From the NCBI GenBank assembly GCA_963665125.2, contig CAXXUK010000002.1:992001-1056000 (forward strand): a stretch of 64,000 bases of DNA. The letters run 5' to 3'. The stretch's first letter is position 1. Each line of letters starts with the position of its first letter. The translations under genes and the position numbers were made by a program. This DNA comes from an uncultured Desulfarculus sp. Its GTDB lineage: Bacteria; Desulfobacterota; Desulfarculia; Desulfarculales; Desulfarculaceae. Shown here one piece after another: positions 8,222-17,242 of the stretch. The notes under the pieces are model-generated. The model saw only the letters and a program-made list of their open reading frames with translations, was not told where the DNA came from and did not search any database.

Positions 8222-9241
8222 ATGAAGATAACACCTAAAAAGCTTTCTGCTATTCGAAGCACCGTCAACGTCATGGCTTTGATCGAGGCCTTGGGTCTGC
8301 GTGTTGCCAAAGATAAAAACGGTGGTGAGATTTGGGTGCATTCTCCCTTCAGCCCGGACAAGACCGCCAGCATGCACATCCAGCCTGATGGACGCTGGAA
8401 GGACTTTTCCAGCGGCAAGGGCGGCGGGTCAATCGAGCTTTACCAGCAAGTCCGTGGCTGCGATTGCTACACGGCCGGCCGCGAGATGCTGGAGCTGGGC
8501 CTCTGCAACGCAAGCACCGAGACGCCGAGGCCGCAGAGAACGCATGAACCAAGGATTGAAGCCAAGGAGCCTTTGCCCGAGCAGCCGTCTTTGGTGCCCT
8601 ATCTACAGCCGCACGAGGAATATGAGCGTAGGGGCATTTCCGAACGCACCCGGCTTAAATTGGGCTTCGGCTACCTGCCCTCATCCAACAAGGCCAAACT
8701 GTCGGGCCGTCATGTGTTTCAGATCAAGGATCAGGCTGGCCGGGTGGTTTCGCACATCGGCCGGGCCGTGGATCAGCGCCAGGCGGAATCCGAAGGCAAA
8801 TGGCGCGTTTACGGCGGCTTCAGCAAGTCCTGCTTCCTTTATGGGCACCATCTGCTGGACAAAGCCAAGGTAAAAGCCGACATGGCCAAGCACGGCCTGA
8901 TCGTGGTGGAGGGGTGCTTTGACGCGGCCAAGCTGCACGAGGCAGGCATACCCTCGGTGGCCACATTCGGGGCGAATCTGAGTGAAACGCAGTCTCGAAA
9001 GCTGGCCGACCTGCACCAAACTCTGCACCTGCCAAAGGTCGTCATCTGGTTTGACCGGGACGCAGCCGGATTCGAGGCCACTGAAAGGGCTGTGGCGGTC
9101 CTGAAACAGGCCGGAGTGCCCGCATATCCTTTTGACTGGCGGGCGGCCGCACAAGAGGGCCTCGTGCCACCCGAGGCAAACGATGCCTGCGATCTTTCAG
9201 TCAGCGACCTCCGCCGTTTCCGGGATCGGGGCTTGATCTGA
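8222..9241 (+). CDS. DnaG-like primase (degenerate CHC2 domain + TOPRIM)
   Basis: SPFSPDKTASM...WKDFSSGKGG; IVVEGCFDA; WFDRDAAG. Confidence 0.8.
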   Translation: MKITPKKLSAIRSTVNVMALIEALGLRVAKDKNGGEIWVHSPFSPDKTASMHIQPDGRWKDFSSGKGGGSIELYQQVRGCDCYTAGREMLELGLCNASTETPRPQRTHEPRIEAKEPLPEQPSLVPYLQPHEEYERRGISERTRLKLGFGYLPSSNKAKLSGRHVFQIKDQAGRVVSHIGRAVDQRQAESEGKWRVYGGFSKSCFLYGHHLLDKAKVKADMAKHGLIVVEGCFDAAKLHEAGIPSVATFGANLSETQSRKLADLHQTLHLPKVVIWFDRDAAGFEATERAVAVLKQAGVPAYPFDWRAAAQEGLVPPEANDACDLSVSDLRRFRDRGLI

Positions 9242-9871
9242 GGTCTCTTTCTCCCTCATCTCCTTGAGTCGCTTAACCAGCTTCTTGGCTTTTTTACCGC
9301 GCCTGAGCCAGCCTGACTGCCGGTACTCCTCGAAAAGCACCTCCTCCTTGATCTCCCGCTCACGCTGGCGGGCCTTTTCGCTTTCGGAAAGCTGGCGGTA
9401 CTCGTCAAAATCCTTGGTTTTGCCTTCGCTGAGCAGCAGCACGGTGTTTTCATAGGCGCTCAGGCGTTGGCGTATCTCCTGGAGTTCCTGTTTGGTGTCC
9501 AGGTGGGCCATCTTCTCGCGATGCGCTGTTTCCTCGGCCGCGCGGGATCGCTCCCGCTCCTCGGCAAGCTCATGAGCCATGGATGACGCTGGCGAAGGGG
9601 TCAACAAGGGCTCATCAACCTGCTCAACAGGCTGGATAAACCCCGACGCGGCGATCTTCTCCCCGATCTCCGGGATGGTCAGGTTCAGCTCCTTTTGCGT
9701 AGCTATGAACTTGAATATGGCCAGGGCCTCGGACGCGACTTCGTTGCGCTGGTTGCGGCCCTTGCGCCGGTATTGGCCGAACACCTCGGGCAGTTTGTTC
9801 AACAAGCGCCCGATATAGGTGCTTGTCAGGCCGGTTGCCTCTGCGATCTCTTCTACTGATAGGTATGCCAT
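9197..9871 (-). CDS. HTH + coiled-coil DNA-binding protein (plasmid stability/partition-like)
   Basis: N-terminal LSVEEIAEATGLTSTYIGR helix-turn-helix, linker, long coiled coil, GWLRR tail. Confidence 0.65.
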   Translation of the reverse strand: MAYLSVEEIAEATGLTSTYIGRLLNKLPEVFGQYRRKGRNQRNEVASEALAIFKFIATQKELNLTIPEIGEKIAASGFIQPVEQVDEPLLTPSPASSMAHELAEERERSRAAEETAHREKMAHLDTKQELQEIRQRLSAYENTVLLLSEGKTKDFDEYRQLSESEKARQREREIKEEVLFEEYRQSGWLRRGKKAKKLVKRLKEMREKETSDQAPIPETAEVAD

Positions 9872-10179
9872 TTTGGTTGGTTAAGGTTAATAAGCGGGCT
9901 TGATGAGGGCTTGTCGAGCGGTTGTTTGGTGCGGATTTGGATTCGCGGGAGTTGGCTTTGGGTGTGGGCAGACGGTTCGACAGGTGATCAATAGGCGCTG
10001 AGCAGGCATGAAAATTAAAGCAGATGCGCGGGATGTGGTCAAATTTTCGCTGGAGCTATTTTGTTGAAGTAGCTTCCTGTCATATGCCGAATCTAGCCGA
10101 TAAACCTAGGCCATGCTTGCTGGCAATTGGTGCACAAGTAGGCGACGGACAGACCATATCACGTGAAAGGAAAAGAGAA

Positions 10180-10602
10180 ATGGATACATCCTCTCAAATC
10201 TGCCTGAAAATAAACGTCATTATCGATAGCCCTGAAATCGCAATAATTGATATCGACAAGGTGTCGGACGACTTTGTTGAAAACCTTGCGAATTCTTTGG
10301 ATAGCTTCAATGAAAACACAAAGAATGATGAAAATATCTCAAGGGATGACCGCACTAAAGAAATTAAGGGAATGATCGAGAATCTCATTAGTGAGGCTTC
10401 GATCTATGATGATCAAGTAACGTTGACCTTGGAAAACACGGGGAGCCCAGCCAGGAACTATCCATACAAGGCAATCCTACCCAGCGGCAAAATCATTTAT
10501 GGAAAAACAGACATCCAAGGTCGAACTCAACGACTTAGGGAAAGTAATAGTCAACACGTGATCATCCAGTGGGGTGAGGAAGAAAAGTCAGAAGGCGAAT
10601 AG
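10180..10602 (+). CDS. Hypothetical protein ending in a VgrG/PAAR-associated C-terminal motif
   Basis: NYPYKAILPSGKIIYGKTDIQGRTQRL...VIIQW; start uncertain (10024 or 10180). Confidence 0.5.
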   Translation: MDTSSQICLKINVIIDSPEIAIIDIDKVSDDFVENLANSLDSFNENTKNDENISRDDRTKEIKGMIENLISEASIYDDQVTLTLENTGSPARNYPYKAILPSGKIIYGKTDIQGRTQRLRESNSQHVIIQWGEEEKSEGE

Positions 10603-10732
10603 GCTTAATATATGGGGAAGCTGCCGTGCATTGGCAATAGGAAATTGCAGAAATATAACCTTTCAGAATTAGTGTGCAGCGGCTTCCCCTTTTGATAATC
10701 ATAAATAACACTGTTGTTACAAGGAAAGACAA

Positions 10733-12973
10733 ATGTTTGACATTAGCTATAAATTTGACTTTGGCGATATTATCAAAAAATATTCCAAATATTCTGTCTT
10801 TTTAGAACCACCCGTATCGAAGTTCCATATCCAAATGAGATTGCCAATTTCAATTGATTATAAAGTTAATTACGTACGTGCGTTGCAGATACTCAAGCGG
10901 CAGATAGCTGACCAAATGAGGACAACCTATCTAGATATAAATAGTCTTGGCGCTGATGAAGAGTTGATTAGGTTTCTAAAGGAGGCAGCGTTAGGTCAGC
11001 TCGTTCAGTCAGTACCAAATCCATTAGATCTGTTTTCTGTGGTGCACAGAGCTCATTTGTACGAGTGGAAGCTGTCAAAAGATCTGCCATACATTCTTAC
11101 CTTAAAGGACACGGGCATGAAGGTAGATGTATCATCTGCCATTTCTGAAAGAGGTGACGTGTTACGGAAACCACTTTTGAGCCGGCTTGAAAAATGTATA
11201 AGAGAAACATATCAGTTTGATGAAGGATTTGATGTTTTTACGGATGAACAAATCCAATCATTGAGAACAGATGCGCGCAAGTGGGCAATTAATAATATTA
11301 TCGAACAAGTAGAATTCGTGGAATTCGTTAAGGGAAGCTCATGGCTTAACAAAGAAATTATTGTCAAAGTCAAGCATGGTGACCAAACATGGCAAAAGGA
11401 AATGAAGATTCCTTATAATTATAATTCTATTGCTTACGGTGAAATTATATCTCATGCACTAAATAACGATAACTATAAACTATCAGTTACAATGGAAAGA
11501 GAGATGAAAGAGCAATTAAAATCTTTGATGGTTAAACTTATTCAGCAAGAAAAAGAAATTGAAAAAACTATTGAAAGTGGTAAATACGAACGCCGCTGGT
11601 TTGTATGTAGAATCAAAGGTATGGAAAAACAAATTTCTGTAGAGGCTGATGCTTACGGCTTTAATGTGCCAAAGTATTTAGAAAGAATATATACAACCTA
11701 CGCTGATTTCATCGGAGTAAAAGCAGATGGCAGCTTATTTACAAGCGACCAAAAGGAACGCATTGAAAGATATGTTGTTGATCTGTGGCTTAAATCTATC
11801 GACCATTTGTTGCACTCAATTAAGGTTGAGTCTATTACATATAATACAAACCAAGACATGCTGGAGTCTGGTGAGGTTAAATTTGTATTTGATGGCAACT
11901 GGTTAGATAGTGGCCTTGTCATCAATTTTTATGGGAAAAAAGGTTTTGATACATACAGCATTGCCATGGAGCTTGACAAACAGCTTGCAAGACGATGTGG
12001 TGTTGAAAACCATCTGAATATACTTGATGAAAATCGACATGAAAACATTAGAAAAACTGTAGAGGAGACGATAGTCAATACAATCAATATGAGTCCCGGT
12101 GTAATTAAGAGTACAAATAAAGTTTTCGAGCAGAAAGCGTTGATTAAGGAATGGGCATCGCGACGAAAGCTAAATTACATTGACTTGGCCATGGTATTGG
12201 CTAACCAATACGATGACTACACTAAAGAAAGTGAATTAAAAGACACAATCGCTCTTCATACCTGCCAGTTTATATTCAATGCTTCTGGTTGGGCTTTCGA
12301 CTTTTTAATTGGCTATGTGTCCAAGGCGCTGAACATATTTCGAAAAGCAGGCAAAAAAGCTAAATTTGTTTTTACGGATACAGCTAAAGGATCAGCCTCT
12401 CGCGCCTTAAAAGAGTTGGGAATTACAACGGATTTGCGTACAATGGATTATGGCATAGCACAGATATCCGGAAAAACCATTGTAAAGGCATATCATCGAG
12501 CCGACAAACAAGGGAAGAAGGATCTTGATGCATTATGGAGCAACGATAAAATCGTATCAGGAATAATCCAAGAGCTTACCAGTGTTCTTATTGAATTTAG
12601 CAAGAAAAATCCAGGCGTTTTATCTTTTGCTGGTTTAATAGATCCACCATATGAGGTCGGCTTGCTTGTTGAGGTAAGCAAAGATGAACTATCGTTAGAT
12701 GAAGCATTTGACATTATAGGGCAGGAAAATGAACGTGCAAAGGCACTACTTGATGAAGAAATCGCCATCGCTTATCTTGCACAGATCATGGCAAATAATG
12801 CAGAAGGAATCTCGAACAATCCATCATCACTTGAGAGGGCTAAACTATTCATAAGCTTGGTAGAAAAAGAGAATGGAAATAAATCATGGCTCGATGATGC
12901 ATTAGATGTAATCGACCTAAACGATGAACAGAAGCAATTGCGTATTAAAATATTTGAAGCTTTGTTACAATGA
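10733..12973 (+). CDS. Large AT-rich hypothetical protein (746 aa)
   Basis: Long ORF in AT-rich DNA, AAGGA RBS; no family recognised. Confidence 0.8.
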   Translation: MFDISYKFDFGDIIKKYSKYSVFLEPPVSKFHIQMRLPISIDYKVNYVRALQILKRQIADQMRTTYLDINSLGADEELIRFLKEAALGQLVQSVPNPLDLFSVVHRAHLYEWKLSKDLPYILTLKDTGMKVDVSSAISERGDVLRKPLLSRLEKCIRETYQFDEGFDVFTDEQIQSLRTDARKWAINNIIEQVEFVEFVKGSSWLNKEIIVKVKHGDQTWQKEMKIPYNYNSIAYGEIISHALNNDNYKLSVTMEREMKEQLKSLMVKLIQQEKEIEKTIESGKYERRWFVCRIKGMEKQISVEADAYGFNVPKYLERIYTTYADFIGVKADGSLFTSDQKERIERYVVDLWLKSIDHLLHSIKVESITYNTNQDMLESGEVKFVFDGNWLDSGLVINFYGKKGFDTYSIAMELDKQLARRCGVENHLNILDENRHENIRKTVEETIVNTINMSPGVIKSTNKVFEQKALIKEWASRRKLNYIDLAMVLANQYDDYTKESELKDTIALHTCQFIFNASGWAFDFLIGYVSKALNIFRKAGKKAKFVFTDTAKGSASRALKELGITTDLRTMDYGIAQISGKTIVKAYHRADKQGKKDLDALWSNDKIVSGIIQELTSVLIEFSKKNPGVLSFAGLIDPPYEVGLLVEVSKDELSLDEAFDIIGQENERAKALLDEEIAIAYLAQIMANNAEGISNNPSSLERAKLFISLVEKENGNKSWLDDALDVIDLNDEQKQLRIKIFEALLQ

Positions 12974-12980
12974 TAACTAG

Positions 12981-13005
12981 ACAGCCTCTAGTTAAGGCTA
13001 GAGGC
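12981..13005. terminator. Hairpin between convergent genes
   Basis: AGCCTCTAG-TTAAGG-CTAGAGGCT. Confidence 0.45.
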
Positions 13006-14291
13006 TAGTCCGTATTCATCAATAAGGCCGATACTATAGTAGCCCTCTTAGCGTCTCCATTATCTCGACTACGTAGTATGAAGATGCCCGTCCCATTTCG
13101 TGTTGAAATAGATTTTGCAATCAGGCCTGGCTTTGAATTTATAATATAATTCGTACTTGTATTATTACCGCGTATTAGCAATATATTTTTAATTAATTTT
13201 GCTTTGAGGTCAACAAAAGTGCCAAACAGGAATAAATGATCAAAATTATAACATGATCCTCCTATTAAAACAGGCCCATCCTTATTCCCATCCCACCCCT
13301 TCAATATTAATCTTCGTTCATCTATAATAATACCATCACTAGAAAATATAAAATATTCCACATTACTTGTGGTTTTATATTTTTTCCCTTTAATTATACC
13401 ATTTAATATATATTCAACTTTTTTCTGTTTGTTAACGATCATATGATTGTTAAATAACGCTGCTGTAGCTCCAAACATATTGGACCATAGGAGTTTACCA
13501 TTATCTGAATACGATACAATAATTATCTTTATCTTATATCCTTTTGTTAGGATTCCCCCGCTACAAACAAAATTATTACCCAGTGGCACCATGGCCTGGA
13601 AACCGCCTCGTAGTATTGTGCTCTTTATTACCCTGTCCCATAATATATTGCCGTTACTATTCATCTTGCCAAACCAGGGATAGGGTATTCCCAGGCTCTT
13701 ATTTGGTTCACCTACAAAGCATCTTTTAATACCTGCAAATGTTATAATTCCTTTTCCGTCAACATAAAAAGAACTTATGCTTGAAGGACATTGACGATCA
13801 ACATGTACATATTGCCAAAGGATGTCGCCTTGCAAATTTAACCTTATCAGCCAAGGGTAGGTCGCCCCTTCCATTTCCCCTTGAATGTCGCAAGATATTG
13901 CGATTGAATTGTCATCAAACAGCTTTAGCATGAATATTCGGACAACCTTACTGCTAGAGGTCAGCAGCTTATCCCAAACAGTTTTTCCGTTCGCATCCAA
14001 ACGGATTACCCAAATCCCCACTGTTTTGCCGTTTGCAGGCCTTTGGGGGATGACGACCACTGCTCCGCCATCCGGTGTGGCCACGATCTTATAACCTTTG
14101 GCAACTTTGTCTGTTATGAAGGTCCTCTCCCATAGCACCTTTGGTTTTGGCGTGTCAGGATCGACAGGCGTTATGGTCAAGCCAGCACCAAAACCGATAG
14201 AAGGTATGATTGCCAACAAACTGGCGAGTATAAATAATGAAGCTGCCCAGCTAATTGAATTGATCTTGATCATAGTTCTGCCCTGGCACAT
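13005..14291 (-). CDS. Secreted beta-propeller-like repeat protein
   Basis: Signal peptide; repeated W.IRLDANGK.VWDK / GDILWQ / GNILWDR / GKLLWS blades. Confidence 0.7.
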   Translation of the reverse strand: MCQGRTMIKINSISWAASLFILASLLAIIPSIGFGAGLTITPVDPDTPKPKVLWERTFITDKVAKGYKIVATPDGGAVVVIPQRPANGKTVGIWVIRLDANGKTVWDKLLTSSSKVVRIFMLKLFDDNSIAISCDIQGEMEGATYPWLIRLNLQGDILWQYVHVDRQCPSSISSFYVDGKGIITFAGIKRCFVGEPNKSLGIPYPWFGKMNSNGNILWDRVIKSTILRGGFQAMVPLGNNFVCSGGILTKGYKIKIIIVSYSDNGKLLWSNMFGATAALFNNHMIVNKQKKVEYILNGIIKGKKYKTTSNVEYFIFSSDGIIIDERRLILKGWDGNKDGPVLIGGSCYNFDHLFLFGTFVDLKAKLIKNILLIRGNNTSTNYIINSKPGLIAKSISTRNGTGIFILRSRDNGDAKRATIVSALLMNTD

Positions 14292-14414
14292 ATGACTGAG
14301 AATTGGCTAAGATTAAGCCCCTACATATGCCTAGAAGGCTTCTGCTGTCAATGATTCACAGCGTGACAGACAGGACCGGCCGGGAATCATACGCGAATAA
14401 ATATCTGCGCTACC

Positions 14415-14438
14415 TGGGTGTGGATTTGGGTGTGGATT
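14415..14438. repeat. 12-bp tandem direct repeat, candidate integrase arm-binding sites
   Basis: TGGGTGTGGATT x2, about 115 bp inside the att core. Confidence 0.5.
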
Positions 14439-14554
14439 TATTCCAAAACATGCCAAAATCGGCTAAAATCCGCCAAAATTGACCTTCTGTATTTATCTTT
14501 ATTATCAACAACTTCCTAAGATATGAGGAGGTTAGGAAGCTCGGAGTGTGATTT

Positions 14555-14599
14555 CTGGCAGTCAGGAGGTCTGGGGTTCAAGTCCCCATAGCTCCACCA
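14555..14599 (+). repeat. attR-like 3' half of tRNA-Ala(GGC)
   Basis: CTGGCAG anticodon loop, TCAGG, T-arm TGGGG-TTCAAGT-CCCCA, TAGCTCCACCA; 5' acceptor and D arm absent. Confidence 0.8.
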
Positions 14600-14610
14600 A
14601 AAAAGAATTC

Positions 14611-14648
14611 AACCGCCTAGGTCGAATCGGCCTAAGCGGTTTTTTCTT
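14611..14648 (+). terminator. Rho-independent terminator after the tRNA fragment
   Basis: AACCGCCTAGG...CCTAAGCGGTT + T run. Confidence 0.6.
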
Positions 14649-14804
14649 TCAGGTGACACCTAGGCAACAAATTGTCGTAACCTCTAGGGGCTTCTCAGCC
14701 TCAGGGCCAAATCCATAAGAAGCTATCAAAAGCATACCAATCGGCCTTCCCCGACATCTCCCTACGGTTTTGGCCATTCATAAGCACCTCATGCCGGAGT
14801 TGCT

Positions 14805-15115
14805 TGATCCAACCCTGTTTTGACGGACACACGATTAAGCAAGTAAATTGCTTAACGGAGGTGTTCGATGACATCACAGAAGAGCCAGAAGAAATCCACC
14901 AGGCGGCACTATTCGCCGGAATTCAAGACCGAAGCCCTGGGCTTGGCTGAGCAGGTTGGCGTTGCTGGTGCGGCCAAGCAGCTTGGCCTGCATGAGTCCC
15001 AGGTTTACGCTTGGCGCAAGAAGGCTCGCTATGAGGCCAGCCGCAGTGAGACCGAAAAGGAACTGGAAATCGAAAACGCCAGGCTGAAGCGGCAGTTGGC
15101 CTTTGAAAACCAAAT
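14805..15115 (+). mobile_element. Internally deleted, truncated relative of the 3812-5067 IS3
   Basis: IRL TGATCCAACCCTGTTTTGACGGACA; near-identical orfA (from 14868) joined at TGGCC to the last codons of orfB. Confidence 0.85.
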
Positions 15116-15178
15116 TGAAGTTCCCCTGAAATTGTGGACACCTCGAAAAGCATGATATGAATTGCTTGGAGGTGTTGA

Positions 15179-15475
15179 ATGGGCAACAGACGCAGGAGTT
15201 ATAGCCGGGAGTTCAAGATCGAAGCCGTGGCCTTGGTCACCGAGGGAGGTTTGAGCATTTCCCAGGCGGCCAGGGACCTTGGCATCAGCCAGACCGTGCT
15301 GGGCCGCTGGAAGAAGCAGCTCGAAGCAGACCCTGAGCAGGCCTTCCCAGGCAAGGGCAATTTAAAGCCGCAAGATGAGGAGCTAGCCCATCTGAGACGC
15401 GAACTGGCCATTGTACGCCAGGAGCGTGACATATTAAAAAAAGCCATCGGCATCTTCTCGCGGATGCCAAAATGA
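15179..15475 (+). CDS. IS3 transposase OrfA
   Basis: RRSYSREFKIEAV...ERDILKKAIGIF; A7 slippery run. Confidence 0.93.
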   Translation: MGNRRRSYSREFKIEAVALVTEGGLSISQAARDLGISQTVLGRWKKQLEADPEQAFPGKGNLKPQDEELAHLRRELAIVRQERDILKKAIGIFSRMPK

Positions 15476-16335
15476 AGTTTCAGTTCATCAGGGATCAGAG
15501 TGAAGGATTCCAGATCAGGCGTATGTGCCGGATTTTGGAGGTGTCAGCCAGCGGGTACTACGCTTGGCTGAACCGGCCGGAAAGCAGCCGGGCGCGAGAG
15601 AACCGGAGGCTCGTTGTCGAGATCAAGGCCATTCATAAAGAAAATCGTGGCGTGTACGGAAGCCCCCGGATACAGGCGGAACTCAAGGATCGTGAAATCC
15701 ATGTGAGCGAGAACCGGGTGGCTCGATTAATGCGCGATAACGGCATCGCTGCCAAGCAGAAGAAAAAGTACAAGGCCACCACGGATTCCAATCACGGCCA
15801 CCTGGCGGCCCCCAATATCCTGGGGCGGGACTTTGAAGCGGACGGCCCTGATCAAAAATGGCTGGCTGATATAACCTACATTCCTACTCGTGAAGGCTGG
15901 CTGTACCTGGCGGCCGTCCTGGATCTTTATTCCAAGCTGATCGTGGGCTGGTCCATGTCAAGCCGCATGACCAAAAAGCTGGTGCTCGATGCGCTGAACA
16001 TGGCGGTGGACCGGCGGAAACCTGGGCCTGGGCTGATCCATCATTCAGATCAAGGACGTCAATATGCCAGCAAGGCCTACCGCAAAAAGCTGAAGTCGCA
16101 CCGCATGATATGCAGCATGAGCCGCAAGGGCGACTGCTGGGATAACGCGCCCATGGAAAGCTGGTTTCATTCCCTGAAAACCGAACTGGTGGCGCATAAA
16201 GATTATTTGAGCAGGACGCAGGCCAAGGCTGACATCTTTGAGTACATCGAAGTCTTCTACAACCGCAGCCGCAAACACTCAGCTCTGGGGTACATGAACC
16301 CGGCTCAATATGAGATGATCAATATGGCTGCTTAA
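15472..16335 (+). CDS. IS3 transposase OrfB (DDE)
   Basis: WLADITY, HHSDQGRQY, CWDNAPMESWF; ATGA overlap with orfA. Confidence 0.95.
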   Translation: MKFQFIRDQSEGFQIRRMCRILEVSASGYYAWLNRPESSRARENRRLVVEIKAIHKENRGVYGSPRIQAELKDREIHVSENRVARLMRDNGIAAKQKKKYKATTDSNHGHLAAPNILGRDFEADGPDQKWLADITYIPTREGWLYLAAVLDLYSKLIVGWSMSSRMTKKLVLDALNMAVDRRKPGPGLIHHSDQGRQYASKAYRKKLKSHRMICSMSRKGDCWDNAPMESWFHSLKTELVAHKDYLSRTQAKADIFEYIEVFYNRSRKHSALGYMNPAQYEMINMAA

Positions 16336-16437
16336 CTACGTGTCCACAAAAATTGGGGAAGATCATGCCAAACACCACTGTATTATGCAATAGGCCATGG
16401 CGTGGAGGGGAAAGCCCGCTTGCCGGTCGGCCAGTAC

Positions 16438-16464
16438 GGGGCGCAAGTCCCCATGGCTCCACCA
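16438..16464 (+). repeat. Degenerate second tRNA-Ala 3' remnant (older att scar)
   Basis: GGGGCGCAAGTCCCCATGGCTCCACCA vs GGGGTTCAAGTCCCCATAGCTCCACCA at 14573-14599 (3 mismatches); followed by terminator hairpin 16474-16506. Confidence 0.65.
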
Positions 16465-16508
16465 AGGGAAGACAACGGGTTGGCTGGAAACGGCCAATCC
16501 GTTTTTCT

Positions 16509-17134
16509 TTATTTTGATAAGATCCCCAGTAAAAACCCCGCAATTAATGCCACCACAGAAAAGCCGCATCCAAGGCTAGACGTATTAAAATTCCTGACTT
16601 TGATTTGAGTCTCCATCCATGCCTCTAGCGTGGCCACCTCTTGATCAACTTCGATTTCCAAAACCAGAGCCGCCGGTGATATGCCGGGATATCCTCCTGT
16701 TGTCGTTTTGTCGGCCATGGCCTGTCTAATTCCCTGGAAAAAAACAGCGTATCATTGACCGGTTTGGCAAAGATGCCTCGGCCAACAATCATCAAGTCCC
16801 GGTAGCTTTCCGGAAAGATAGATTCATGGAAATTCGCCGCAATGGCGGCCATTTCGATGAGGTTGTCCTCTATTAACTCCATGCTGGCGAGTATTTGACC
16901 CACATCACCGCATTGGCTCAAGGAATTAACGGCTTGGGTAAGCTTGGGCGTAAAATCTTGATAACGCTCGAGGGAGTTTCGTAAAAAAGATAGACATTTC
17001 TTTTTGGGAATTGGGCCATCGATGCTAAGGGCCGGTTTGGCATGCAAGCGCTTCATGATCCTATAAGTCATGCCATCCGCATATTCGGCAATTGTTGATA
17101 GATTGCGGTACAGCGCTTCTTCGGTTTCAGACAT
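16509..17134 (-). pseudogene. Hypothetical C-terminally anchored protein, frameshifted at a T8 tract
   Basis: Adding one T at 16738-16745 joins the 17134 ORF to the 16509-16718 ORF, which ends in a TM helix. Confidence 0.45.
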
Positions 17135-17242
17135 TGTCCCCCCTGTGGTTTGTTTCCTACCGCCCAGGCGTGTAACAGCATGCCGGAGTCGATGCATGGG
17201 CATTGCCGTTGATGCCGCGCCCTTAATGCCGGTCAACCATAC

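Larger units (their letters stand above)
1..14599. mobile_element. Right part of an integrated element (genomic island/ICE-like) inserted at tRNA-Ala(GGC); the left end is outside the window
   Basis: Ends in a 3' tRNA fragment (14555-14599); contains TA pair, T4SS-like genes, primase, XRE regulator, IS and AT-rich cargo; no integrase in window. Confidence 0.75.
15116..16365 (+). mobile_element. Second IS3-family element (1250 bp)
   Basis: IRs TGAAGTTCCCCTGAAATTGTGGACAC / TGATCTTCCCCAATTTTTGTGGACAC; no flanking target duplication. Confidence 0.9.

Noticed and set aside
14525..14599. Complete tRNA-Ala gene
   Set aside because: No 5' acceptor strand, D arm or 5' anticodon stem; only the 3' 45 nt are tRNA-like
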